From Lophium mytilinum (taxonomy: Eukaryota), in NCBI GenBank assembly GCA_010093605.1, contig MU004196.1, positions 270,606 through 334,605 of the forward strand: a stretch of 64,000 nucleotides of DNA, read 5' to 3'. A program made the position numbers and the translations under genes. Below, piece by piece: positions 12,301 to 23,913 of this stretch. Within the stretch, counting starts at the first letter, position 1. Each line of letters begins with the position of its first letter. The notes beneath the pieces are model-generated. The model saw nothing but the letters and a program-made list of their open reading frames with translations. It was not told the DNA's origin and did not search any database.

Positions 12301-13190
12301 GGCGCCAGAATGCACACTGAGATTTGAAGAGGAGGAACCAAGACATCCTTGCTGCAATTTCTCATGTTGCTGGAGAGCCCCAAACGTCGGCAACACGCGA
12401 TTCAAAGCGAGAGAAATGGCACGGTGAGAGTTGAAGAGGAGAATTCCTTACGTTGATCCGGAATTTCTTTAGGCTGCCAGGGTACCTCAAACGTCGGCTA
12501 AATGCAATCAGATCGGTGCTGAGACGGGCTGTAAGAGTTGAAGAGGAGAACTCCTTACATCACTCTGCAATTTTCTCAGGCTGCCGGAGGACCTCAAATG
12601 TCGGCGAAAGGCAATCAAAACGTTGCGGAAATGGGTTGCGAGAGTTGAAGAGTCACGAACGGGACATCCGTTCTGATTTTTCTCAGGCTGCTAGAGGCCT
12701 CCAAACGTTGAGGAAGCGCGATCAAAACGGTCTGCAAAGAGGAAGTGAAAGTTGAAGAGTTGGAAACGTGACATCCGGTCCAGTTTCTCTTAGGCTGCTG
12801 GAGGACTCCAAACGTCGATGAAACGCGGTCAAGATGATGCAGAACTGGGGTGTGGGAGATGAAGAGTCACGAACGTAACATTCGTCTTGATCTTTCTCGG
12901 GCTGCCAGAGGACTCCAAACGTTGATGAGGGGCGGTCAAGATGGTACGGAAATGGGCTGTGAGAGTTGGAGAGTTGGAAACGTGACATCGGCCTTCATTA
13001 ATCACAGGCTACCAGAGGACTCCAAGCGTTGATGAAAGGTGGTTAAAATGATGTGGAAATGGGTAGTCAAAGATGAAGAGTCGGGAACATGACATCGGCC
13101 TTGCTTTTTCTCAGGCTGCTGAAGAACCTCAAACGCTGTCAAGATCAAAGCAGAATCACGGAAGGCAAGCTCAAGTTTGAAGAGGAGAAC
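9350..13190 (+). repeat. Non-coding tandem array A: about 30 diverged monomers, 107-bp core period
   Basis: The anchor GGAC(C/T)(T/C)CAAAC recurs at 11419, 11526, 11633, 11740, 11847, 11954, 12061, 12167, 12274, 12381, 12488, 12595, 12702, 12809, 12916, 13023 and 13130. Companion motifs are GATCAAAA, TTGAAGAG and TGACATYC. Longer units continue leftward to about 9350. Confidence 0.92.
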
Positions 13191-13671
13191 AGATTGGATT
13201 CAAACTACCAAAGAAAGCAACAAAAGCAACCACCAATCCCGAACCCAACCCATCCCCTTTCTGACCCCCAAAGCTTCTAAAACCTGCACGCTGTGGTCAG
13301 TATTCACATCGCAAGAAGTCACCATCATGTCACAACATCACCATCAAGTCACTCAAGCAAGGCAAGACATGAGAGAGAGCGAGAACGAGGGTCTGTCGCG
13401 ACAAGTTAGCCCAAGAACAACCATGAGAGAACAGAGGCAACGTACCAATTCGGAGGCCACAGCGGGCCTTCTCCCGGCGCCCCCTGCTGGCGCAACCCAG
13501 CAGACACGAACAAAAGAAACATCACCAAAAACCCCGAAGGGCGGACGTGCTGTGGCCATTGTCAGCACAAGAAGCAACGAAAAAGGGGAGGATAAGAACT
13601 TACCGCGGTGCCGAGAGGGCCCGGCAACTTGTCGTCAACAAAAAAAAACGAGGACCGGAAGAGGCATGCCC

Positions 13672-14154
13672 TTAGGCAGAGGCCGATTGCTTGCCACCAG
13701 CAGCGCCGGCGGACGGAGCGGACGGGGGAGCTGGGGGCGGCGAACCCGGGGGAGTCGGGGGTGCGCGGCCGGGGGCTGGGGACGGGCCGGGGGACCGGCG
13801 CCGCTGCTCTTCTGCCACGGAGGGGGAGACCTCCGACGCTGTGGACAGTTAGTGATGTTGAAAGAAGGGACTGAAAAGGGGTAGACCACGTGACAAGAAG
13901 AGGAAAAAGGTCAAAGAAGAAGATTTTGAAGGGGTAGGACAGGAACAAACGAAGGTTGATTGGGTCAAGAAGGGATGAGAGGGGTGAGCAAGAGGAGGGA
14001 ATGGTGAAGAGAAGGACCAGGAAGGACGCGATGAGTGACAGAAAAGGAAGAGGAGGCTTACCAGGCCAGTCATGCTCCTTCTTGCGAGCTATGTCGACAG
14101 TCAGTTAAGAACAGTGGAAGAAGAGGAGGAAGAAGACTTACGAGGACGCGCCAT
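13672..14154 (-). CDS. Putative spliced 68-aa Pro/Ser-rich microprotein (3 exons)
   Basis: GCCACCATGG start. Exons 14154-14142, 14088-14062 and 13838-13672. Introns GTAAGT..CTGAC..TAG (53 nt) and GTAAGC..CTAAC..CAG (223 nt). Product MARPPRKKEHDWPASEVSPSVAEEQRRRSPGPSPAPGRAPPTPPGSPPPAPPSAPSAGAAGGKQSASA*. Confidence 0.55.
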
Positions 14155-14308
14155 GGTGGCGGGCGGTGGTGGTGGGTGTGGGTGGTGGGTGGTGTGGTGG
14201 TTGGTGGGTGGTGGTCTGGTGGTGGTCGAAAGCTTGTCGCAACGGGTGGGCAATTGGGCGCGGTGTGGGCAGCTGGGCGCGGTGTGGGCAATGGGCGCGG
14301 TGTGGGCA
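14155..14308 (+). repeat. (GGT)n-rich tract plus 3 copies of TGGGCGCGGTGTGGGCA
   Basis: 17-mer copies at 14255, 14274 and 14292; dense GG/GGG runs at 14155-14226. Confidence 0.8.
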
Positions 14309-16391
14309 GGCTTTCGGACACCTCTCGAAAAAGTGGGCGACGGCCTTTACTTATACTTGGACTCCCGCTAGCGCGGCCAATCCGTTGGGCCCCTCGGATC
14401 ACCACCCTCGCGTCTGCCTGCTGCGGCCGGGTTCAACCAGACGAGGGGCCCCACAGAACCTGATAGACCGGCCAGGAACACCCCCTGATCCTCAGGGTGA
14501 AGGAAGGAGAGGTCTAGGACATCACGATAGGAAGCCGCAGCTGGATTCTATTTGCTATCACCCTCAAATGGCCGCTCCTGGGCTGCAGCGCTGCTCCAGC
14601 TTCTGCCAGCTGGGAGGACCTCCAAGAGCTATGAGCAGCTCCAATCCGCCGCTCTCACCAGCTCAAGATGTATCTCATGGCCTCACGATGTACCTCGTCC
14701 CCCAATCCAGCTCCCCCCAGGCTTTGTGTACCCCTTGCACCTCCATATCAGCCCACCGTACCTGATCGACGTGCCTGATGCCACATCAGGGCAGACCGGC
14801 CTCGCCACCTCTCCCAATGTCCCACCCGTTCGCAGATCATGCGTCGATCTGTGGAGTCAGCCCCTCTCTGGCGCCGGCGTGAACCGAGCTCTGAAACCCG
14901 ATTGTGCCTGGACTATACTGTTTGCGGCGGGGGGAGGACGGCCAACGGGTCAGGAGGGCCAGAATGGGCGCTCAACAAGCTTCCATGTGGACGGCGGGTG
15001 AGCGAATCACGCCATAGAGGGGCTCAGGCAGGTGGGCGCGCTCGGAGGGGCTGACGTAGCTGCGAAACCGCTGGGGACTGCCGCGGGGGTGGACGGAGGT
15101 CGGGGGGCGCTGGGAGAGTCGAGAGAGAGCAGAGGAGGGTGCGAGAGGGCTCGGTTTGGTACCAGGAAGGTCTGCGAGCTCGAGAGAGGGAGGGAAGAGG
15201 CATACTATGGAGTGTGAGGGCGTGAGGGCGTGAGGGTTCGAGATCTGGTGGTGAGGGTGAAGCCGGGCTGGACACGGCACGAGCAGCGCTGGCAAGCTGC
15301 CACAATGCCCAGAGAGGAGTGAGCGGACGGTGGATATGGGCTGCGGTAATTCTGGAAGGTCATATCACACTCGGCAGCATCACAATGGTCGATTTCCAGG
15401 CCTCGGGGGTGGGAATCTGGCGTGGACGTGAGGATTTTGCGGACGCCCCGCGGAGGAGCGTTTTCGGACTGTCAACACACCCAAAACACCACGAAGACGC
15501 GCCAAAATTGCTGTGCGGAAGCCTGGGAATGACGAGATGGATGCCAGAGCAGCATATTCCTCAAAATCTCCACTGAGGCTTGCGAAATCAAGGAGAGCTT
15601 TCACCGCAGCTCCAGCGCGGCGCGGAGGTCTCGGAGGTCGCCACAAAGGTCTACAAAACACCATTCAGATCGGAATTGGATACTCACAAAGCTGGCAACT
15701 TTCGGAGGGCGTTCTGCAGAGTTTGAAATCTACCCCTTTTCGCTCTTGGCTGGAATTAGGCGTTGATATAGAACTACGTGAGAGTCTCCGCTGAAAGAGC
15801 ATTCACGGGCAAGAAAGGTCTTAGAACACTATAGAACTTCTTCTAATTCACTTCTCAACACATATTTCTTCGATGACATCTGTGAAAGCTTCCATAATCC
15901 ATCCCAAGTGCGTTCAGGGGCATCTCCGGAGCTCAGAATCTACCTACGTCATACCCTGTTGCCTCGCTCACCACCATCACTCGCTACGCACCATATCTTT
16001 CATAGCATGGCCTTCTCAATACATCGAAATCCCACGCAGATCTCATGGTCTCAGCAAATAACAATATATAAAAGCTTGCAAAGAACCCATGCATTGAATC
16101 AACTACCATTCCCCTCAGCCCCCATCCCAAAAAACGCCAAAGCTATGCAAATGCCACCCACCCAGCTCTAAGTATGCCCGTGGCCCCATATCCCCCGTAT
16201 AAGAACCCTAGGCATGGTCGAAACGATGAGACCAAAGCCAGTCAAAACTCGTAGGCCAAAGCGAAAGAGAGCAGACAGCTGATGACCAGCTGCTACCGAA
16301 TAGAAACCCCAAGAAACGCCAGTAACACCATCGTTAGAAAAGTAGGGCGAGAGCTCAGCAGCACCGTCTACCATCCCATCTCATCTCGAAC

Positions 16392-19300
16392 CTACGACAA
16401 ACTCCTCCCACCAGCGCCTCTCCCGAAGCCCTCACCTCCACTCGTCTGCCTCCGCCTTCGTACGACTGTCAGCTTGCTGGGGACGCTGGGTTGCGTCGGC
16501 GTCGAATTCTCCGGCAAGCCCTCCCGCCCTCTCTCGTCCACTCGGTCTCGATCTCTATCTCGTCTGCCGCCAGCCGTCCCTACGCTCGTTGTCCCGCTCG
16601 CCGCCCCACCCGCCAGACTCATCCGCGCAAACTTGGTCCGCGGCAGCCGGCTCTTGGTGCTACTCCCGCTGCTGCCGCCGCTGCCGCCTTGGGTCGCGTT
16701 ATTGCCGTTGGCAGTGAGGATACTAGAGGTGCTGCTCGAGCTGTCTCGGCTCGCAGGCCTATAGCCTGGTGTGCGCGCCGTGATGGACGTCGAGGCGCGA
16801 GTGAGCGGCGCAGGCGTAGTCGTGGTGTCTAGGAGCGAGAGGCTACTCAGTCCATTTTCAAGGCCTACCGCGCTCTGCGTCCTCACGTGTCGGTCACGTG
16901 TGCTGGGTGTCGGCGGCATGCTGGCGCTATGAATGAGCGACGGAGTCGGCGGTGTCATCGATGATACACCATTAGTAGAACCGTTAGTGGAGCGGCCTCC
17001 GGATGGTGGACGCGACAGGCCGCTCCGACGGGAGGAGACACGACCGACGTTTTCGTTGTCGCAGGCGCGGACGAGCTCTTCTGCCATTTGGCGGACGAGA
17101 ATGGCCGGGTCTTTCTCGGCGAGGTGGCACACAGTGTTGTAGACGCCGAAGCGTTTGATGAGACCACACGCCTCATCCGTGGCGTCGCAGATGGTACGAA
17201 GGATTCGGAGAAGGTTAAGACGCGCGACGGCGTCTTTGTGGCCTAGCTTTTGGACTGTGCGGGTGAAGATTTCGGGCACAGCGAGGGAGGCGGCGATGAG
17301 AGGGGAGAGACGCGTGAGTTTCTGCAGTGGTTCTAGCATAGATTCAAATGAGTTTTGGGAGGTGTCGGGGGACGTGTAAGCGTCGATAATAGCTGTTGAG
17401 AAAGTTGACGTCAATAGATATGCCTCCACCTTTGCGGTTTCTTCTTGAAGCCTATAACATGGTCAGCTGCATGTAGGAATCTAGGATGAGTGAGATTACG
17501 AACCATATGAAGATGGCGTCAAGCGCCGTGACCTGCCAGTTCCGGTCCGCAAGCATGCTGATGTAGAACTGCAGGCCACGATTTTCCCAGAGCTTCTTTC
17601 TCGCCACTTTGCCAGAATGTGCAAGCTCGCACAAGATTGGCAGAGCGAACTCCTTCAGTGGCCATTCCGTTTGCACAATGTCTTTGAGAATCGGAATGAC
17701 ATCGTTCAGCGCTGCTTCTTCTTGGCGCGAGCGGTTGTGGCGACATAGGTTGTACATTGTGTTGAGGATCTGGTTTGAGATCTCACGGAACAAAGGAAGC
17801 TTCTTTGAAGACCGAAGCAGATCGGTGAGGACGTCGATGGCGTTGGAATTCTGTAAGGCTTCGTGGGTGGATGACAGCATGGAGAGATTCTTGATGAACT
17901 TGAGCATTGTGACCTGGTGGTTTGGAGACATCTTGCGAAGATCCTTCAGAACACCTGAAAGCAGTTAGCGCTGAAAAAAGGTACTAATGAAAGCGCCTTA
18001 CGTTTCAATATCATGCGATCGGCCACGAGATCCTTGACGTGGCTTTCGGCTTGCGAAAAGATGAGGAAAATGTTGACGATGCGACCTTCGATAAGCTCCG
18101 ACAGCTCATCTCGTTCGTCCAGAACGCGATTGAGAACAAGCGAAAGGGGATATAGAACCGAGCTTCTCGAGAATATGCGACAGAAATCATTTTTGGGCGT
18201 TGGCCCCTAGCTATTTGTGAGTATGGAGCCAATGAAAAGAGTGGAAGACTTGAACTAACCTGAAGCTCAAAAACGCTCCATACGCCATTGACACCAATCA
18301 AGACAAGGTCACGGTCAGTATCAATATCCTCCTCGAGAAACTCGACCAGAACATTGATACCGCCACAACCGATGAACATCTGTAAAGTTAGAGTAGATGT
18401 CTGGTACATCTGCCGGACGAAAGCAGCGGCCTCTTTTCGGATCTCGCTTGGGTATTTCTTATAGGCGAAGTTGGAGATGATCGGGATACCTCCCAAAAAG
18501 GACAAACTCTCTTGAGCTTCAGCATCGTCTAGGATGATCTAATACATTATCAGAGCTTATCACTTTGTGGCACTGGCAATGATCGTACCATGTTGACTAT
18601 GCGTAATAGTCGCAAAACGACATCTCTTGGCTGTTCCGTACCAAGAATTTCGAGAAGGGGGAGCATGCCATGTGACCGTAGAACAATTGCCCTCTTTTCC
18701 GGAGACTCGAACAATACTTGTATCTGTAACATGTCAGCTGTAGTCGACTAAATTACAACCAAGTGTACTCACAAGTTGATCGGCGATGTCTAAAAGGACA
18801 TCATATGGCTGTGTAGTCTTGAGAGCGCCCACTAGGCTTTCTGTAAGCTTCGCCAGTCGATCATCCCTATCACGGGCGACATTGCTTTCAAGGTTGACAT
18901 TCTCAAGGCCTTCCTCGAGGTTGGCAAAAGGATCAGACTCGTCTTCATCGGTAATGATAAATGACGAAGACATCTTCGAGGTAATCATAGCCAAACTATT
19001 TTGATCGGACCCACTGTCGCTATCCGCTTTTGGTAAACTGGCTCCATCGTGGCCAAAGATGTCTGAGAAGTCCTCCTTGTCATCCTCAGCGTACTTCTGA
19101 ATTTCGATTTCAGACTGCGATCGTTGCATGCCCTTGCGCTCTGAGGTGTAGGAAGACGAGCGTTGTCGCATACTCCCGCCCTTCTTCGCATTGAGCGTCG
19201 AACGTGGAGCTGTCTTGAGATCAGAGGGATGAAATAGGCGAGGAGAGAAGGATTCTGCAGGGTTGGCCTAGTCCAGTTAGTGGGTGGAGACAAACATAAA

Positions 19301-21291
19301 ATCTTTCGATCATACCTGCATGGCTTGCAACTTTCTTTCGAAAGCAGACTCGTCGGTTGCAATGAGATCCGAGTAGTCCTCGACAGAGTTCTCCCTGAAT
19401 AGAACTGAAGGTCTTGCTAGAGCTGCTACCTTTCCTTTGGCTACTTGATTTACTTTGGGGATACCGCGAAGAATAGCGGTCTTAGGCTCCGTGTCGTGCT
19501 GTTGGGACGAGGATCTAGAAGTAGGAGGTTGTGGCTTGGAGCTAGAACGCTTCTTTTTAATGGGAGTCGGCGCGCGGACTGTCTCCATGTCATCGAAGTG
19601 GTCGTCCGCCGTGAATTGCAGTGGCCCGTTGACAGTAGCATTGCTTTCACCAAAAGTCATAGGCTCCTCGGTCACTGACTCAAAGGTTGCGAAGGATTTG
19701 AGGCGCTCCGAAGAGAGTAAGCCAGCGAAGTTGTCGTGCGGGCGGAGGTGAGGCAGATGAAGAGCACTAGGGCTGATGGAGGAGACGAAATCGTCGTCCC
19801 AGTTGTCGTTCGTATCAACATCTGGAGAACGATAGAGGTCCGCATTAGGCCGTGACTTTGCAACACTTAATCCTCCTTTGGCCACAGCGGGCGTCTTCAA
19901 CTGAGAAGGGGGGCTTTTCTTGGTGGCGCCAAGACTTGAGGAGAGTGGCCGAGATGCCCGACGGACCGAGCCGTTGTTCGGTGACCTCAAGGCTTCGTTC
20001 CATTCTTGAACACTCTTTACAGCTTCGTCGTACTCAGTTGGTTTCGCAGGGACGGCAGCTACCGTTCTCTTCGCGCTCAAGATCCAGGGATGCTTCAGTA
20101 ATCGTTTGGCAGATATCCGGAGGTTGGGATTCTTTTGAAAACATTGCATAAGAAAATCTCGTACAGCCTGGAGGTAAGTAAGTAAGTAAGTTTTCAATGG
20201 CCGCATCATGATCTCATTCACATACCGGAGAAGCACTGCCTGGGATAGGGGGGTGCTCGTCGTTGACTATTCGAAATAGGGCCTGCATCGGTTGGAGCTT
20301 ATGATACGGCGGTTTGCCCTCAATCAATTCGATGACTGTACACCCCAAACTCCAGATATCCGAGGATGTTGTTGCACCTGAAAGCTCAATGACTTCTGGT
20401 GCCATCCAGTACGGGGTTCCCACAACACTCGATTCGTCTAGTCCAGATGCTTTCGTGGCAACGCCAAAGTCTGCCAGCTTTACCAGACCTTCCTTGGTGG
20501 TCAGAATGTTGGCACCCTTGATATCCCTGTGGATGACACCCTGTTCGTGGAGGTAGAGGAGCCCGTGCAAGACCTGGGACATGTATAGGGCCACTAAGTT
20601 CTCCGGAAACTTTCCAAAATTCTTGCAGATTGAGTGGAGGGAGCCGTTTTCGCAGTATCTAGAGTCATGCATTAGCCACAGACCCCGAGGAGGAAGTGAG
20701 TCCAGTCATACTCTAGGATAATGTAAAGCGCATCCGTAGCCTTGACGAAACCATGATATTTCACAATGTTCGGGTGCTATCCAAAGTATCAGCAGTTGTA
20801 CCGAAAAGGGGGTATGTGGATTGGGAGCGTACGTTGAGGTTCTTTAAGAGGTCGATTTCGATCTGGACAGTAATTAGCGAAAAATCCAACACCACTAGGT
20901 ATATATTTCCATACCATGATAGTCTTCAGCTCGCTCTTAGGCAGATTTTCCATCCGGACCTGCTTGACTGCCACTGTCTCGCCCGTTCCCCAGTTTAACG
21001 CCCGATATACAGACCCAAAGGCCCCTTTGCCTAAGCAATCGCCCAATTGCTGTACAGCCCAATCATTAGCCAATGTACGTTGCGGAACTCCTGCCATTCT
21101 CCAATTCCACATACATAATCTTTCAAGCCTGCCACCTCCTGTGCTGCCCTCTGAGCATGCCCATCTCTACTCGGGGGAGCCGAAGTAGGCTTGGCTGCCC
21201 TCGACTGTGCCAGTGCTCCACTCCCATTCCCATATCCAGCCTGGCCCGTCTGCTTGCCACTCTTCGGCCTGTCGGGCGGGTGGGAGACCAT
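16392..21291 (-). CDS. sepH: Septation initiation network kinase SepH (S. pombe Cdc7 / S. cerevisiae Cdc15 family)
   Basis: N-terminal kinase with [49 protein letters not shown] and [14 protein letters not shown] motifs in the linker and an ARM-repeat C-terminal half ([25 protein letters not shown]). Multiple canonical introns. Confidence 0.95.
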
Positions 21292-22095
21292 CGTGGGGCC
21301 AATTCGGGGCTGCCCCGGGCGGGCTATGACGCAGCGTGGGTCTCGAGGAGGTCGACAGCGGTGGCCGGCGTCTCGAGGTTTCGATATGGAGGTGATGCCG
21401 CAAGGGCTGCATAGCACTCGGCGAGCGTGCGGTGTAGTGCTTAGAAAGACCCCGCCGCGGCGGTCTCGAGAGGTTGAGACGTGCTATAGGCGATATAGGC
21501 GTTGTGTCGTAGGGATCCGGGCTGGAATTTTGTTACGGGTTGATTGCACGCGACTGCGGTCCGATCCATGCACGCGCCGACTGCCGGGCGTCCTGCGAGC
21601 TCTGCATAAGGCTGACACGGGCACCTTTGATGTCTGAGGGATTGCCACAGGGCGGAGGGTGGAGAAGCCGTTCGCAATGGAGAAAAGGGTGAATGCTGTC
21701 GTGGGCGGTTTGCTGCCCGAGGCCAACTTTTGGGTCGCTGTGGCTTGCGTAGAAAGCACCGGCTCGGGAACGTTGTCGGCCATAGCACCGACTTTCGACT
21801 CACCAACACTCAGATATTTGCACGGCTTCATTGGATACTGAAGTGTTTCAGATGTCTCGTCTCCCACCTGTCGCGATCAAACCCGGATCCCGGGTCGTAA
21901 GAGGTCTATTTTCAGCCTAATTTCGCGTCGTCACGTGCACATTTCGAATTCTGGATTGAGACTACCGTCATTCGAATTGCCTATGTTACAAGTGTAATTC
22001 TAGAGTCTAATACTGCTCCTTATACGAGCCTCAAGATGTAGGTGCTTGTTTGTTGCCCAGGAGCCTCGAGTCCGACCAACGCAAAGGTAGCCCAT

Positions 22096-23224
22096 CTACT
22101 TTCCAGCCACAACATTCAGAACGCCTCCATCAACGGCAATGATTTCGCCGTTGACGTACGCGTTTTTCGTCAGGAAGAGCTTCCGAAGAGATTAGCCCCT
22201 AGTTTTTAGATGTATGGAAATATGCTTACCACAGCCTGCGCCATCTCCTCGTCGCTGCCCGCCCTCTGAGCCGGAACATGTCCTTTCGCCTGGACTGTCT
22301 CGTCTGGCAACTCGCTCTTCTGGTCTTCGCCACTCGACTGTGTGGTCATCTCACTGGGGAAGTAGCCGGGAGCAATTGAGTTCACCCTGATCTTCAGCTT
22401 CTGGAACTCAGCACTCATAAGCTTGGTTAGTTGGACTGTGCCGCCTTTGGCAGCGTTGTACGAGAAGTGACCCTGGGCATGTCGCATGATGCCGCTCATG
22501 CTGGAGATGACAATCACCGACGCCGAAAGATGGCCATGGCTCTCGGAGCCTGCCTGGAGGAGCGGGAGGAATGCTACCGTCGTAAAGTACACCGAGGTCA
22601 CATCGGTGTTGTACGTCTCGTTCCATTGCTCGAATGTCTCCTCCTTCCATAATTTCTCTTTCATTTTGGATGCAGACTCTTCATTCGGTTCGACCTTGGT
22701 ACCTGATATGCCCGCGGCACAGACTACTTCGGTCAGCTCGAGGAAGCGAAGAGGAGAAAAGGCACGCACTGAGAAGGTTTATGTATTTCTCCTTCTTTGA
22801 GATCTCTTCGTACAGCTTGGTCAAGTCCTCTTTCTTTGTGACATCGCAAGCAAGCCTGCATACATCAGCCACTGGACTACACCAACAATGACACGACGAT
22901 CTTACGGGATGATCGCTCCTTGATCAGGTTCGTGAGATCTGGCTGCCTTCTCCAAAGCTTCGAGTCCTAAAAGCGATTATCAGTTCCTATCCCATGCGGA
23001 TGTCATTTGCCGAGACTCACGTCGGCCAATGATGTAAACCTTCGCGCCTATATCGACCATTAGCCATTTATGCCAACCCACCCAGATGAGCCTCCAAACG
23101 AACCATTCGCTGCCAGGGCCTGCGCCGCCATCAACCCAATTCCCGATCCGCCACCAGTGACGATGCAGACATAGTCCTGCACGGAAAACAGCTTCGAAGC
23201 TTTCAGATCTGAAGTTTGAACCAT
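22096..23224 (-). CDS. Short-chain dehydrogenase/reductase
   Basis: VTGGGSGIG cofactor motif, catalytic YNAAK, IRVNSIAPGYFPSEMT, C-terminal YVNGEIIAVDGG; several short introns. Confidence 0.9.
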
Positions 23225-23913
23225 AGTGACTGAGCTCAGAGATGAATCGAGAGTGTGAGAGACTGGATCAGAACATGGGAATTTGAAATTGTCGTAGTGA
23301 CTTTGCCATGGGAGATGAAAGCCGCATTATGACGTCAGGGGGCCAGCCGTAAACGGCTTAGCGCGCTCCGAAACCTTTCAACCACCTGCACCACACTGGC
23401 TGTCACAACTTTCTTACCTCTTGGACATTAAAAGAAACCTCACAGTAGAATACCCTGTTTCTTCAATGTAGGTCTGAAACCCTTGTTTCCACAATGGGAC
23501 AAACATGCGAATAAAGGAGGACGAAGAAGAATATTGTTTATCGCGAAGAATGTTCGTACTTCTAACAACTCCATCCATGGGGTAGCTATGGGCGATATTG
23601 ACGGCTCGATTGTATGGCCAATGGAAGGAGTAATATCAACAGCTGTCAGCCTTGGCTCCATGCACAAACGAATTGTAAAGGACGGTCTCTACAACGCAGA
23701 TTAGACAATAATGTAACATTGTGAGAACTCCCTACATAAAAAGAGAAGAAGCACAGCACTTTCCATCATCAGAAAGTCTTTTGGATAACCAAAACAGAAA
23801 CCCTCTAAAGGCCGGAAGTTTTCAGCCCCTCGTTGGGCCTCCAAATTCCTTCTCAGCTTCCACACAGCTCACTGGCTCCTCAAGCCCCATCGAACATTCC
23901 ATCGGAGAATACG

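Noticed and set aside
11405..13190. CRISPR-like reading of the repeat array
   Set aside because: There are no identical direct repeats with unique spacers. Whole monomers are homologous, the context is eukaryotic and there are no cas genes.
9887..13280. Short ORFs within array A as a repeat protein
   Set aside because: The 107-bp period shifts frame with each unit, stops occur in all frames, and no periodic splice signals were seen.
13177..13884. 235-aa plus-strand ORF
   Set aside because: It is low-complexity and GC-rich, and lies antisense to a better-supported spliced minus-strand gene.
4900..16300. Intact transposon or Starship in the gene-poor tract
   Set aside because: I could not identify a transposase, reverse transcriptase, tyrosine recombinase ORF, LTRs or TIRs by eye.
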